Made by a program: the position numbers and the translations under genes. The notes beneath the pieces were generated by a model, which saw only the letters and a list, made by a program, of their open reading frames with translations, had not been told where the DNA came from and did no database searches. A stretch of DNA of 64,000 bases from an uncultured candidate division Zixibacteria bacterium (lineage in GTDB: Bacteria > Zixibacteria > MSB-5A5 > GN15 > FEB-12): positions 800,001 through 864,000 of the forward strand of contig OY760907.1 in NCBI GenBank assembly GCA_963664195.1, read 5' to 3'. Below, piece by piece: positions 31,507-41,233 of the stretch. Every line of letters begins with the position of its first letter. Within the stretch, counting starts at the first letter, position 1.

Positions 31507-32234
31507 GTGACTCCACTCCAATCCTCCAAGCCCACAATCTCACCCGTGAAATCGAAACCGAGTCCGGGCGGCTGACAACGGTGGACGACTTTACGTTCGA
31601 TTTTGAGCGAGGCAGGATTTACACAATCCTGGGACCCTCGGGTGCCGGAAAAAGCTCGCTGCTTCGACTGTTGAACCGCCTGGATGAACCCACGTCCGGT
31701 CGAATCCTCTTTGACGGTGACGACCAGAAGGGCATCAGTCCTTGTTGTCTCAGGAAATCCATCGGCTACCTCTTCCAAACGCCGCACCTTTTCCCTGAGA
31801 CTGTGGCAGATAACCTCCGTTTCGCAAACGACAAGATAGAATCCGACGCGATTGACGAATTACTGGCGTTGGCGTCGATCAAACCGGAAATACGGGATAA
31901 GAAAGTCGACGGTCTCTCGGTCGGCGAAAGGCAGCGTGTGACACTGGCGAGACTGCTGGCAACCGATCCGAAAGTCATCCTCCTCGACGAACCGACCTCG
32001 GCGCTGGATCCAACCTTCACGGAACAGATAGAAAAGGCGATACGCAACACTGTCGCTGAGCGCGGCATAACCGCCCTAATGGTCAGCCACAACCCGGAAC
32101 AGGCGGTGAGGATGAACGGTGATGGGTTGCTGCTGGTATCGGGGAAACTGATCGAGCACGGCCCGGTGAGAGAACTGGTTGAGAATCCACAGACCGAAGA
32201 CGGGCGTAAATACCGTGACCGGGAGTTATCATGA
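31503..32234 (+). CDS. ABC transporter ATP-binding protein (FetA/YbbL-like)
   Basis: GPSGAGKS, LSVGERQR, LLDEPTSALD. Confidence 0.9.
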   Translation: MSDSTPILQAHNLTREIETESGRLTTVDDFTFDFERGRIYTILGPSGAGKSSLLRLLNRLDEPTSGRILFDGDDQKGISPCCLRKSIGYLFQTPHLFPETVADNLRFANDKIESDAIDELLALASIKPEIRDKKVDGLSVGERQRVTLARLLATDPKVILLDEPTSALDPTFTEQIEKAIRNTVAERGITALMVSHNPEQAVRMNGDGLLLVSGKLIEHGPVRELVENPQTEDGRKYRDRELS

Positions 32235-32992
32235 TAGACCTCGGGTTCACTGAAATCCTGTTGTCGCTCGTTTTGATTGCGCTGGCAATTGCGGTCAGTT
32301 TCTGGTGGAAGATACCGGTCCAGAAAGACATGGCTATCGGCTCAGTGCGGGCGTTTGTGCAACTGATCGCGATTGGTTACGCGCTGAAGTTCATATTCGA
32401 TCTGGAGTCGCTCTGGCTGATCCTCGTAGCGATTTTGATTATGATTACGGTCGGATCGCACACGGCCGCAGGCAGAGTGAAGACGCACAAGGGGGCGTTT
32501 GTCATTGCGTTTGTGTCTATCACAACCGGCTCGGCAATCACTCTGGGGCTGATGCTTCTGTTGAACATCATCACGCTGGAAGCGAAATACGTCATTCCCC
32601 TTGCCGGGATGATTGTCGGCAATTCGATGAACGCCGCAGCGCTGACGACCGACCGGATCACCTCAGATATCAAACTGAACGCACCGGCTATCGAGGCTGC
32701 CCTGGCACTGGGCAAAAGCTGGCGTGTGTCGAGTCTCCCCTACCAGAAGAAGGCCAGTATCGCGGGCATGTTGTCGATTCTTAACTTCATGAAGACAGTC
32801 GGTCTGGTGGCGCTTCCGGGGGCGATGACCGGCATGATTTTAGCGGGCGCCGAACCGTTGAAGGCGGTCTTGTTGCAGTTTGTTGTGGGGGCGATGCTGC
32901 TTAGCGCGGTGACGATTACGTCGATAGTGGCGCTTGAACTGACGGTCCGCCGGTACTTCACAGCTCATCACCAATTGATCTTGGAATCGTAG
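32231..32992 (+). CDS. ABC permease FetB/YbbM (UPF0014)
   Basis: RAFVQL, IPLAGMIVGNSM, GLVALPGAMTGMILAG. Confidence 0.9.
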   Translation: MIDLGFTEILLSLVLIALAIAVSFWWKIPVQKDMAIGSVRAFVQLIAIGYALKFIFDLESLWLILVAILIMITVGSHTAAGRVKTHKGAFVIAFVSITTGSAITLGLMLLLNIITLEAKYVIPLAGMIVGNSMNAAALTTDRITSDIKLNAPAIEAALALGKSWRVSSLPYQKKASIAGMLSILNFMKTVGLVALPGAMTGMILAGAEPLKAVLLQFVVGAMLLSAVTITSIVALELTVRRYFTAHHQLILES

Positions 32993-33003
32993 GGTCTTCT
33001 CTT

Positions 33004-33149
33004 GTGGGGCGGGTCAACGCCACGAGTGGCCTTCTCCGAACCCGCCGGAAGGAATCTTGTTGGGAAGGTCTGTCTTCAGACCTGCCGGAAGAGGTCTAGC
33101 CTTTGGTTAGACCTATGATCCGTCAAGCCCGAAGACGGGCCTGACCGAC
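33004..33149. repeat. REP-like palindrome cluster (family B doublet at 33059-33149)
   Basis: GGTCTGTCTTCAGACC and inverted AGCCCGAAGACGGGCC, plus further hairpins. Confidence 0.65.
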
Positions 33150-33234
33150 GGACCATCCTCAACGCAAAGCCCCTGAAGGGGATAGATTGGCCTTGATTTT
33201 CCGGGGGAAACTGCTATTTTAGGGGCTCTGAAAC

Positions 33235-33320
33235 GGAGAGGTGGCCGAGTGGTTGAAGGCGCACGCCTGGAAAGTGTGTATAGGCAACCCCTATCCAGGG
33301 TTCGAATCCCTGCCTCTCCG
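33235..33320 (+). tRNA. tRNA-Ser(GGA)
   Basis: GGAGAGG/CCTCTCC acceptor stem, D-loop GAGTGG, anticodon loop CT-GGA-AA, long variable arm, GGTTCGAATCC, discriminator G. CCA is not encoded. Confidence 0.97.
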
Positions 33321-33548
33321 CTTTTTCGTGGCCGCTAGCGGCCCTCCCCGATTCGCGCATACTGTCAGTTCTCCTGTAGGTCGGTGTTCCGAGGCGTGCA
33401 TGCCATGCGCGGCGAGAAACCCGACAATTCTCTGATCAATTGACACCAACACCTGCATCATGTATCTATGGTCGAGAGGTTTGGAGGACTGTTCGAGGTT
33501 ACCGGACAACCAACGCCAAGAGCATTGAGGGAAAGGAAGCAGTAGTCC

Positions 33549-34325
33549 ATGCTAGACGACGATTTCGCAGTACGATTAGCCAGTGCGCCTCAAGCCGAAG
33601 CGGCTGTCTCGGAGCTGTTCTCAGCGGCCCGCGAAGCATCCGAGTCACGTGTGTTTCTGGCCGCAATCGATTTGGAGACCCAAGTCCATGACGACAAGAA
33701 GTTTCTCGTCTGCGAGATGAGACGGCACTGGATGATTCAGCAGTTTGCCGAGTACTATAGCCGGGTGCTCCCGTCGATTGAGACCGTCGACCCTGATGAC
33801 GTCAACGTTTCTGTTCGCCTCCAGATGTTGGCCTACAGTCAGTTCTGGGAGTGTTCAGGCATACAGCGCCTTATAACGCATCTTGTCAAGATCAGCTTGG
33901 GGGAGCCTTACGACGCGAGATTGCTGTTGGACACACCCACCTCAACCTTCGACGTATTCGAGTCGGTGAAGAAGAAGTGCTGTGCACTGGGGCTGGATCT
34001 CGCCGACTTTCTGGAGGCGGTGTACTCGAACCAGATTCGCAATGCTTTCGCACACAGTGATTTCTGGATGGTGCTTGACTACATCACATTCCAAAACCAC
34101 AAGCACTCGAAAAGTGATCATGTCGCGTCGCTCCACTTCGCCACTTGGGAGAGGCTATTCAAGGTGACCACTGAATTCGTTAGCGCGTTGTTCGAGGCTC
34201 GGAGAGAACTCGAAGCAGATCTGATATCGAGGATGCCCTACAGAGTGGACCTACCGGAGTTCACCGGACCATTCAATCTGTCTAAGGACGAACGCGGATT
34301 TTCGTCGGCAAAGCCGACGAGGTAG
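33549..34325 (+). CDS. Hypothetical protein with R-x4-H (HEPN-like) motif
   Basis: 258 aa, helical character, IRNAFAH; RBS-like GAAAGGAAG. Confidence 0.7.
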   Translation: MLDDDFAVRLASAPQAEAAVSELFSAAREASESRVFLAAIDLETQVHDDKKFLVCEMRRHWMIQQFAEYYSRVLPSIETVDPDDVNVSVRLQMLAYSQFWECSGIQRLITHLVKISLGEPYDARLLLDTPTSTFDVFESVKKKCCALGLDLADFLEAVYSNQIRNAFAHSDFWMVLDYITFQNHKHSKSDHVASLHFATWERLFKVTTEFVSALFEARRELEADLISRMPYRVDLPEFTGPFNLSKDERGFSSAKPTR

Positions 34326-34435
34326 GAGCTGGAACCGCAAGACGGGTATCCCACCCATCCGGTAGCCCACCCGTCCACGGACGGGAAACAGATGTAACTG
34401 GCTCAAGTGTTAGCAGTAAAAGGAGTCGCAACCCC

Positions 34436-34921
34436 ATGACCAAAATCGAATTCTCCCCTATCGGGATCATCAATACACCATTCAAAGAACCGAAAGGAGC
34501 GCCGATTCAACCACGTCGCTCACGCGGGGCCGAAGGCACAATCACGATCCGGCCTGAGTACGTCGAAGGATTGGCCGACCTCGACGGATTCTCCCATATC
34601 ATCTTGCTGTACCACCTGCATCTCAGCACGGGGTTCAACCTGAAAGTTGTGCCGTTCTTAGATACAGTCAAGCGCGGGCTGTTTGCGACCCGTGCGCCGC
34701 GAAGGCCCAACCCGATAGGGCTGTCGGTGGTTCGTCTGGAAAAGATCGAGGGAGCGGTGCTGCATATCAAAGATGTCGATATGGTCGACGGCACCCCACT
34801 TCTGGACATCAAACCGTACGTGCCGACGTTTGACGACACCGTCGAGTTCCGGACCGGCTGGCTGGAAAACGCGGCGAGGCGCGCCAAAGAGACTTCGGCT
34901 GACGATCGTTTTGAGGATTAG
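34436..34921 (+). CDS. tsaA: TsaA/TrmO family tRNA m6t6A37 methyltransferase (N-terminal domain only)
   Basis: PIGII, GLFATRAPRRPNPIGLS, DMVDGTPLLDIKPY. Confidence 0.9.
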   Translation: MTKIEFSPIGIINTPFKEPKGAPIQPRRSRGAEGTITIRPEYVEGLADLDGFSHIILLYHLHLSTGFNLKVVPFLDTVKRGLFATRAPRRPNPIGLSVVRLEKIEGAVLHIKDVDMVDGTPLLDIKPYVPTFDDTVEFRTGWLENAARRAKETSADDRFED

Positions 34922-34930
34922 CGAGCGATA

Positions 34931-35140
34931 CTAGCGAGTGGTTTCGGTCTGTTCATGATCGCCCCAGCGACGGCCGAATTTCCAAATAGTGTAAATATTG
35001 GTCGGAATGGATATTCCGAAGAACATGCCCGAAAGAAAGTTCACCAACGGAGTATCTCCTCCGAACCTTGCGAGCATACCACCGAGCGAGACTGAAAAGA
35101 GGCCAATCATGAGTATGACGTACGGTTTATCCTTCAACAT
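34931..35140 (-). CDS. Small two-TM membrane protein
   Basis: 69 aa, two hydrophobic helices, GAGG RBS. Confidence 0.6.
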   Translation of the reverse strand: MLKDKPYVILMIGLFSVSLGGMLARFGGDTPLVNFLSGMFFGISIPTNIYTIWKFGRRWGDHEQTETTR

Positions 35141-35236
35141 AACCTATGTCCTCGCCTGTTGACGGTAGTGTCGTTCTGAGAATATGCTCCATTTTTACAT
35201 ACGTCAGAACCACACCGTAGTTGCACGGGTCAAGCT

Positions 35237-35593
35237 CTAACTCACCGGCGGGCCGGGCGGCCGTTGGTACTGCTGCTGATCGTAAGAGGTGCGTCGGGCG
35301 ATGTCGAAATTGATCTTCTCGGCCGACCGGTAGGCATCGTACATACCATATATCCAGAGAATCGGCGTTGTGATCATGCCGATTACCACGATAACGAGAA
35401 TCCAGCTTATCGTGTAAAAGACGATAAATGCCAGTCCCTTGCCGATCTGGCCGTTGTATATCTGGCCCAGACCCATGTAGAAAAACGACAGAACCGCAGC
35501 CAGTCCGGGGTTCTTGTAAAACACCGGCGGAGGCACCGACCCCTGCTGATAGGGCTGGTTCGGCGGCAGTGGCGGTGGTGGCGGATTTTGCAT
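35237..35593 (-). CDS. Pro/Gln-rich TM2-like membrane protein
   Basis: KNPGLAAVLSFFYMGLGQIYNGQ and WIYGMYDAY. Confidence 0.8.
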   Translation of the reverse strand: MQNPPPPPLPPNQPYQQGSVPPPVFYKNPGLAAVLSFFYMGLGQIYNGQIGKGLAFIVFYTISWILVIVVIGMITTPILWIYGMYDAYRSAEKINFDIARRTSYDQQQYQRPPGPPVS

Positions 35594-35766
35594 TCTTAAC
35601 TCTCTATCCTCTGTTCTTCTTCTGCCTTCAAGATACTATCGGTACGTCGGTAAACTCAAATAGTTTTTGCGAATCGACGAACCTGGTACAAATCGCAAGG
35701 TTAGCTTCCAAAACCGACCCGCGATTACTTGTTGGGAGCCGGTTAAGGCCGACATATATTAATATC

Positions 35767-36435
35767 ATGTCAGATCGCGCGCCGACATATCATCTGGGAC
35801 CGGATTTCTACGAACGGCTTGAGAAGTTTGTCGAGGGATTCCTCGGCGACGGTTTTAGCGCCTTCGAGAAGGAGTTCTGGGGCCTCGACGAGTATATCGC
35901 CAAAGCCCACGCCGACACTTCCGGCAGCAACGATATAAGGCTGCGCCGCATAGCCAAAGAGAAATACCTGCTCGAAATGGTGAACTTCTTCGTGCTTGAC
36001 CGACTGAACCGCGAGGCGTTCAACAAGGCCAAAGATACGCTGATCGTCATGCCGGACTGTCTGACGCTTCACAACCCGGACTGTCTCCGTATTGATGAGA
36101 AATGGGGAGACATCTGCATGCGTTGCGAACCGACCTGCCAGGCATTTGAGATCATGGATATCGCCGACAGGTACGGTCTGGAGGTTGTTTTCTCAAAACG
36201 CAAGCTGACCGAACAACTCGAGTACTTCTCCGAAAAATCCGGTGATCTGTCGGTGGTGGGTATCGCGTGCATCAACATGCTGGCCGAGGGTATGCGATCG
36301 GCGGCAGATGCCGGAGTACCGGCGCGCGGTGTGCTGCTCGATTTCTCCGGCTGCGAACACTGGCAGAACCCACCCTGCGCGTCCAAATTCCAACTCACCA
36401 GACTTGAAAATATCCTCAAGGAAAAGTATGACTAA
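35767..36435 (+). CDS. DUF116-like Cys-rich protein
   Basis: MPDCL..C, CMRCEPTC, VVGIAC, GC. Start reassigned to ATG 35767. Confidence 0.8.
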   Translation: MSDRAPTYHLGPDFYERLEKFVEGFLGDGFSAFEKEFWGLDEYIAKAHADTSGSNDIRLRRIAKEKYLLEMVNFFVLDRLNREAFNKAKDTLIVMPDCLTLHNPDCLRIDEKWGDICMRCEPTCQAFEIMDIADRYGLEVVFSKRKLTEQLEYFSEKSGDLSVVGIACINMLAEGMRSAADAGVPARGVLLDFSGCEHWQNPPCASKFQLTRLENILKEKYD

Positions 36436-36862
36436 GATCGTTCGACGATTAACAATAGACGATTACGATGACATGCTCCATGTCTGGGCGACCTCGGGAC
36501 TGCCGTTCAAACCGCATGGCCGTGAGAGTCGCGACAATATCGAGCGGGAGATCGCCCACCCGACCTGTGCTTTCTTCGGGACCTTCATCGATGACAAAAT
36601 GATCGGCGTGGTCATCGCGCAATTCGACGGCCGTCGCGGGTGGATCAACCGACTGGCTATAGATCCGGATTTCCGCGGCCAGAGGCTTGCCGGGGAGTTG
36701 ATTGCCGAGTGCGAGAAGTATCTCGACCAGTTTGGCGAGATGGTAATCTCGGCTCTGATCGAGGAAGAAAACGGACCCTCGATGTCCTGCTTTGAGAAAT
36801 CAGGCTACTCATGTCTCCCGAGTATCAAGTACTGGTCAAAACGTCCGCGTGAGGATCTGTAG
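36428..36862 (+). CDS. GNAT acetyltransferase
   Basis: DGRRGWINRLAIDPDFRGQRLA; overlaps the DUF116 stop. Confidence 0.9.
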   Translation: MTKIVRRLTIDDYDDMLHVWATSGLPFKPHGRESRDNIEREIAHPTCAFFGTFIDDKMIGVVIAQFDGRRGWINRLAIDPDFRGQRLAGELIAECEKYLDQFGEMVISALIEEENGPSMSCFEKSGYSCLPSIKYWSKRPREDL

Positions 36863-36901
36863 CCTCTCTCCTTTGGCGGACAGTCTTCGCCCAACATTAA
36901 C

Positions 36902-36931
36902 TTGACCCTCCGCTTTTTACTTTGCTATCAT
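36902..36931 (+). promoter_or_regulatory. Putative promoter of the cydA-like operon
   Basis: TTGACC-18 bp-TATCAT with an extended TG. Confidence 0.55.
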
Positions 36932-37001
36932 AACGAACACGTAACGGCGGGCTATTCCAATTCCGCGTTAAGCAGTAGCATCCAAGGACCGGAGGTGTGG
37001 T

Positions 37002-38528
37002 GTGAATTATCCGTTCTGGGATATGGACATCGGCTACGGCGTCCTGATGGCGGCGGTAGCTGTCATCCATGTGTTCGTCTCCCATTTTGCCATAGGTGGC
37101 GGACTCTACCTTGTCATGCAGGAACATCTGGCGCGCAAAGCCGGCGATCAGTTTCGGCTGGATTTCCTCGAGCGTCTCAGTAAGTTCTTTGTCCTGACTA
37201 CCCTGGTATTTGGTGCCTTGACCGGCGTCGGCATCTGGTTTGTCATCAGTCTTCTCAACCCGGCGGCCACCGAGGTGCTGATTCATCACTTCGTCTGGGG
37301 GTGGGCAATTGAATGGACGTTTTTCGTTGTCGAAATCGCGTCGGCCATTCTGTACTATTACGGTTGGCGCAGGATGTCAGAGAAGAATCACCTCATTGTC
37401 GGCTGGATATATTTTGGCGCCGCGTGGATGTCCCTGTTTGTCATCAACGGTATTCTCACTTTCATGCTTACCCCGGGTGACTGGCTTCAGACAGGGTCGT
37501 TCTGGGACGGCTTCTTCAATCCCAGTATGTGGTCATCACTCGTCTTCCGCACAGGCATATGCGTGATGCTCGCCGGTTTGTACACGCTGTTGGTGGCCTC
37601 AACGATCAAGTCCGACAAACACAAAGGCAAACTGGTACGGGCCAACGCAATTTGGGCACTGGTGGGCCTCGGGATCATTTGGCCTTCGTTCTACTGGTTT
37701 TTCGGTTCCATTCCGGAAAGTGTGAGGCAAATCGCCGTCGAGACGATGCCGTACGTGGCCGACCGAATCGATCAGATGTTCTGGTTTGCCATTGCCCTGC
37801 TCATACTCGTCGTCATTTTTGGATTGCTGCTACCGAAGCGGTACAACCTGACCGTGAGCGTGGTTGTCATGGCGCTCGGGCTGATTTGGTTCGGACAGTT
37901 CGAGTGGCTCCGGGAGTCGATCCGCAAACCGTACGCTATCTACGATTACATGTTAGGTAACGCAGTGGAACTGACTTCCCTTGCTGACTACATTGATTCA
38001 GGGATGCTCCCCGCGCTGGCCTATCGCACCGACGATAGTGGGGCGGACTTGTATCGGCACAATTGTCAGAGCTGTCACACAATCGACACCTACCGTGCGC
38101 TGGGACCATGGTTTGCGGGCACCGACAAGCAGTTCATCGCGGCGATCGCGCGAGGAACCGAAGCTATGCTTGGCAATATGCCGCCCTATGCAGGGACAGA
38201 GGAAGAGTCGGAGATGATTGCAGCTCACATCTACAGTCGAGTGAACCATCGGCATTTGAAAGACATCTACGACCTCGACGGAGTCGAACTCGGAGCTAAA
38301 GTCTACCAGATTCGATGCGGCGGGTGCCACAGAGTCGGCGGATTCAATGACAAGATTGAATCACTGGTGAATCTCAGCGACGAGGAGTACAATGACCTGC
38401 TCGACGTAGCCGGTGACCTCGGCGAGGAAATGCCGGAATTCACCGGGGACGATATCGAAAGACAGGCCCTGATCGAATACTTCAAAACGCTGGAGGAAGG
38501 AGAATCCGATGGACCTTCCGGGATATAA
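37002..38528 (+). CDS. Cytochrome bd subunit I-like protein fused to two c-type heme domains
   Basis: HVFVSHFAIGGG, GALTGVGIW, WAIEWTFFVVE, FMLTPG, RESIRKPY; CQSCH and CGGCH, each followed by a distal MP. Confidence 0.85.
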   Translation: MNYPFWDMDIGYGVLMAAVAVIHVFVSHFAIGGGLYLVMQEHLARKAGDQFRLDFLERLSKFFVLTTLVFGALTGVGIWFVISLLNPAATEVLIHHFVWGWAIEWTFFVVEIASAILYYYGWRRMSEKNHLIVGWIYFGAAWMSLFVINGILTFMLTPGDWLQTGSFWDGFFNPSMWSSLVFRTGICVMLAGLYTLLVASTIKSDKHKGKLVRANAIWALVGLGIIWPSFYWFFGSIPESVRQIAVETMPYVADRIDQMFWFAIALLILVVIFGLLLPKRYNLTVSVVVMALGLIWFGQFEWLRESIRKPYAIYDYMLGNAVELTSLADYIDSGMLPALAYRTDDSGADLYRHNCQSCHTIDTYRALGPWFAGTDKQFIAAIARGTEAMLGNMPPYAGTEEESEMIAAHIYSRVNHRHLKDIYDLDGVELGAKVYQIRCGGCHRVGGFNDKIESLVNLSDEEYNDLLDVAGDLGEEMPEFTGDDIERQALIEYFKTLEEGESDGPSGI

Positions 38529-39531
38529 CTTTCTTTCGGCCCCGCTCTGGCTGATTACCGTTTTGCATTGGGTAACCTTGACCGTGCATTTTGTTGCGAT
38601 GAATTTCGTTGTAGGGGGCATCGTCGCCCTGCTGTGGGGAAAGATTTCCAACCGCTGGGAAGATGCGGCCGTCAAGCAGTTCGTAAAACTGCTGCCATCG
38701 GCAACGGCCGCCGCGGTCACATTCGGTGTGGCCCCGCTGCTGTTTCTCCAGCTGGTGTATCATCGTCAGGCATACAGTGCATCCATTGTGAGCGCATGGC
38801 ACTGGCTGCTGATTCTCCTCGGCGCGATGCTGGCGTATTATCTCCTGTACGCCGCCTCGTTCGGCAAAGGCCCCGGTTCGCGCAAGCGGCTCTTTCTGAC
38901 CCTGGCGTTTGCCGCTCTATTGTATGTGTCATGGGTGTTCAGTTCAGTATTTTCCATGGCGGAACAGCCGGAGTTAATCAGGACGTTGTACGCTTCGGAT
39001 CAGAGCGGACTGGCAGTCAACACGAGTGTTAGCGAATGGCTCCTCCGCTGGCTGCACATGTTGACAGGCGCAATTACGGTCGGCGGATTCTGCCTCGGAT
39101 TCGTCGGACGAAAAAGCGAAAAACTGTATGCCGTCGGCAAACAGTTTTTCCTGTGGGGATTCGCAACAGCCGGCCTGCTGGGACTTGTGTACCTGTTCAC
39201 GCTGGGAGAGTACATAGTGCCGTTCATGCGGTCGATGGGCATCTGGGCGTTGACGGCGGCGATTCTGCTTACCGCCGGAGCGTTGCATTTCTACTTCAAG
39301 CGCAAGTTCGTTGGGGCATCGCTGATGCTGTTCGTGTCGATCCTCGGCATGGTGATCACCCGGCACCTTCTGCGCATGGTCAGACTGCAGGAGTATTTCG
39401 AGCCGAGTTCGCTGCCGGTTAATCCGCAATGGTCAGTTTTCGCAGTGTTCCTTGTTTGCTTCTTGATCGCTATTGCTTTGGTCTGGTACATGCTGCGTTT
39501 GTTCTTTGCGGGAAAAGGAGTGCGGGCGTAG
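38509..39531 (+). CDS. Partner integral membrane subunit (CydA'-like)
   Basis: About 9 TMs with intramembrane His (VHFVAMN, WLHML), GVAPLLFLQ; overlaps the upstream gene. Confidence 0.7.
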   Translation: MDLPGYNFLSAPLWLITVLHWVTLTVHFVAMNFVVGGIVALLWGKISNRWEDAAVKQFVKLLPSATAAAVTFGVAPLLFLQLVYHRQAYSASIVSAWHWLLILLGAMLAYYLLYAASFGKGPGSRKRLFLTLAFAALLYVSWVFSSVFSMAEQPELIRTLYASDQSGLAVNTSVSEWLLRWLHMLTGAITVGGFCLGFVGRKSEKLYAVGKQFFLWGFATAGLLGLVYLFTLGEYIVPFMRSMGIWALTAAILLTAGALHFYFKRKFVGASLMLFVSILGMVITRHLLRMVRLQEYFEPSSLPVNPQWSVFAVFLVCFLIAIALVWYMLRLFFAGKGVRA

Positions 39532-39552
39532 AGTGGCAAGTGTTGTCGCGAT

Positions 39553-39683
39553 GGGTGCCACCCTCAAGGTTTCCTTGAGGGTGCTCTTGCCTGTACCGCA
39601 ATAACACTTCAATAGAAGACACCCTCAAACTCCGACAGGATCGGTTAGTCGTGTTTTCGCAGAGTCGTTTGGGGGTGGCACGC
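39553..39683. repeat. 131-bp palindromic element, copy 1 (family C)
   Basis: GGGTGCCACCCTCAA...TTGGGGGTGGCACGC; colinear with the reverse complement of 44840-44970. Confidence 0.85.
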
Positions 39684-39872
39684 GTCGAACTCAAGTTTCA
39701 TCTTCTGCCGGGGTGGGACCATGACGCTCACATCTGAGTAACCCTTCAAACTTGTAAGAAGGGACATGTCTCCGGGCCAAACCAGTTTGACCCGGCCACC
39801 CGATACATGAGGTGCGGCACGTGGTGAAGGCGGACACAGCAGATGACATCCAAAAGACTCCCCCACCACAAG

Positions 39873-39904
39873 AAAAACCGAACCGGTATCACACCGGTTC
39901 GGTT
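39873..39904 (-). terminator. Intrinsic terminator after tlpA
   Basis: AACCGAACCGGT-atcac-ACCGGTTCGGTT with an A-run on the left. Confidence 0.8.
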
Positions 39905-39930
39905 GCCGATTTCGATGTCTCGATTCGAGA

Positions 39931-40590
39931 CTAGTTGAGCATCTTCTCAACAGCGGCTTTGAAAGTCGCGTGGTCTCGGGCACCAACAAAGCGCTCAACT
40001 TCCCTGCCGTTCTTGTCGTAGAAAATCGTAGTCGGGACCGATCCCGTCCATTGCAGCGGCCTGGCCACTGACTTATCCCCCATCGTCATCACCCACTCCA
40101 TACCGGCCTTCTTGGCGAAATCACGGACTTTGTCCGGTGTGTCTCTGCCCGGGAACGCCACGCCAACAATCTCAACACCCTTGCCGCGGTACTCCTTGTA
40201 CAGTTCAACCATGCCTGGAATCTCACGTCGACACGGCGGACACCAGGTCCCCCACAGATTGACGATAGTCGGCTGTTTGCCAACCCATTCAGTGAGCGGG
40301 CGTCGTTTGCCGTCCAGGTCGGAAAGAACAACCGCTCCGTCTTCCGGTGTCTTGCCGACAGTCGAAGTCTGCTGCCGTTCGATTACTCTCATTCCCTTCG
40401 GAATTTCGGCTTTAGCCTTCGCCGCATCGGCCTTGGCCTGAACAGCCGGAGACTGGGCAGTCATTCGTTGCAGTCCTTTGTCTGCCTCGGCCTTTTTCGC
40501 CGAGTCATCATCCGCCGTGTCACCACCGCATGAAATCATTAGTGCCGTAATCAAAACGGCCGCCAATATGTGTGCGATTCTCTTTGTCAT
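39931..40590 (-). CDS. TlpA/ResA-like thiol-disulfide oxidoreductase lipoprotein
   Basis: MISC lipobox, NLWGTWCPPCRREIP, VPTT. Confidence 0.92.
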   Translation of the reverse strand: MTKRIAHILAAVLITALMISCGGDTADDDSAKKAEADKGLQRMTAQSPAVQAKADAAKAKAEIPKGMRVIERQQTSTVGKTPEDGAVVLSDLDGKRRPLTEWVGKQPTIVNLWGTWCPPCRREIPGMVELYKEYRGKGVEIVGVAFPGRDTPDKVRDFAKKAGMEWVMTMGDKSVARPLQWTGSVPTTIFYDKNGREVERFVGARDHATFKAAVEKMLN

Positions 40591-40620
40591 ACTGAACCTC
40601 GATTGAATTAGAAACGGAAG

Positions 40621-41160
40621 CTACTGCTCCTGGGGACTCGGGATTTTCTCGCCCGTTTCGGTGCGAGTGCTGTCATAGCGGTAATGCTTCACAATGTCAA
40701 GAGCCTGCAAAAACTGATCCTCCTTGACATATCCGCCGGCCGGACCAATACGGGTACCTTCGGGACTCACAAACCACAGGGCCGGATACCCCTTGATCCG
40801 AAACTCCTTCTTGATCAGGTCCTTGACGGTGATTCTGTATCCGTCGATGTCAAGCGTGCTCTTATCGTGATCCCACACTTTTACCGGGACAAAATCCTCG
40901 TTGAGCATCTTGATCACCTCAGGCCTGCTGAACGTATCCTTGTCAAGCCGCTTGCACCAGGTACACCAAGTAGCGGTGAAGTCTATGAACATGTGTTTAT
41001 TTTCAGCCTTGGCCTTCTCCCAGCCTTCCTCGTACTCGTACCATTGTACTTCGGTAAGCTCCTTGGCTTTCTCGGGCTTGGCATCCTCGGTTGCCTGTGT
41101 CATCCATGCAAATGCGAGCACAGCCAGCGCCACGAGGATTAGGATCTTGTGTGATTTCAT
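40621..41160 (-). CDS. Secreted thioredoxin-fold protein (SoxW/DsbD-gamma-like)
   Basis: Signal peptide, DFTATWCTWCK, GYP. Confidence 0.88.
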   Translation of the reverse strand: MKSHKILILVALAVLAFAWMTQATEDAKPEKAKELTEVQWYEYEEGWEKAKAENKHMFIDFTATWCTWCKRLDKDTFSRPEVIKMLNEDFVPVKVWDHDKSTLDIDGYRITVKDLIKKEFRIKGYPALWFVSPEGTRIGPAGGYVKEDQFLQALDIVKHYRYDSTRTETGEKIPSPQEQ

Positions 41161-41233
41161 CTGTGGGTCCAACGTTATTCTGGTATGTTTTTCTTCTTCT
41201 ACATTGTAACACATAAGTATTACAAACGCCAGC

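Noticed and set aside
33241..33435. 64-aa ORF MAEWLKAHAWK...
   Set aside because: It is a translation of the tRNA gene.
33235..36900. Intact prophage or integrative element at tRNA-Ser
   Set aside because: No integrase, no phage genes and no duplicated tRNA 3' end were found downstream.
39931..41214. Selenocysteine recoding in the thioredoxin-fold genes
   Set aside because: Both have ordinary CxxC motifs and no in-frame TGA.
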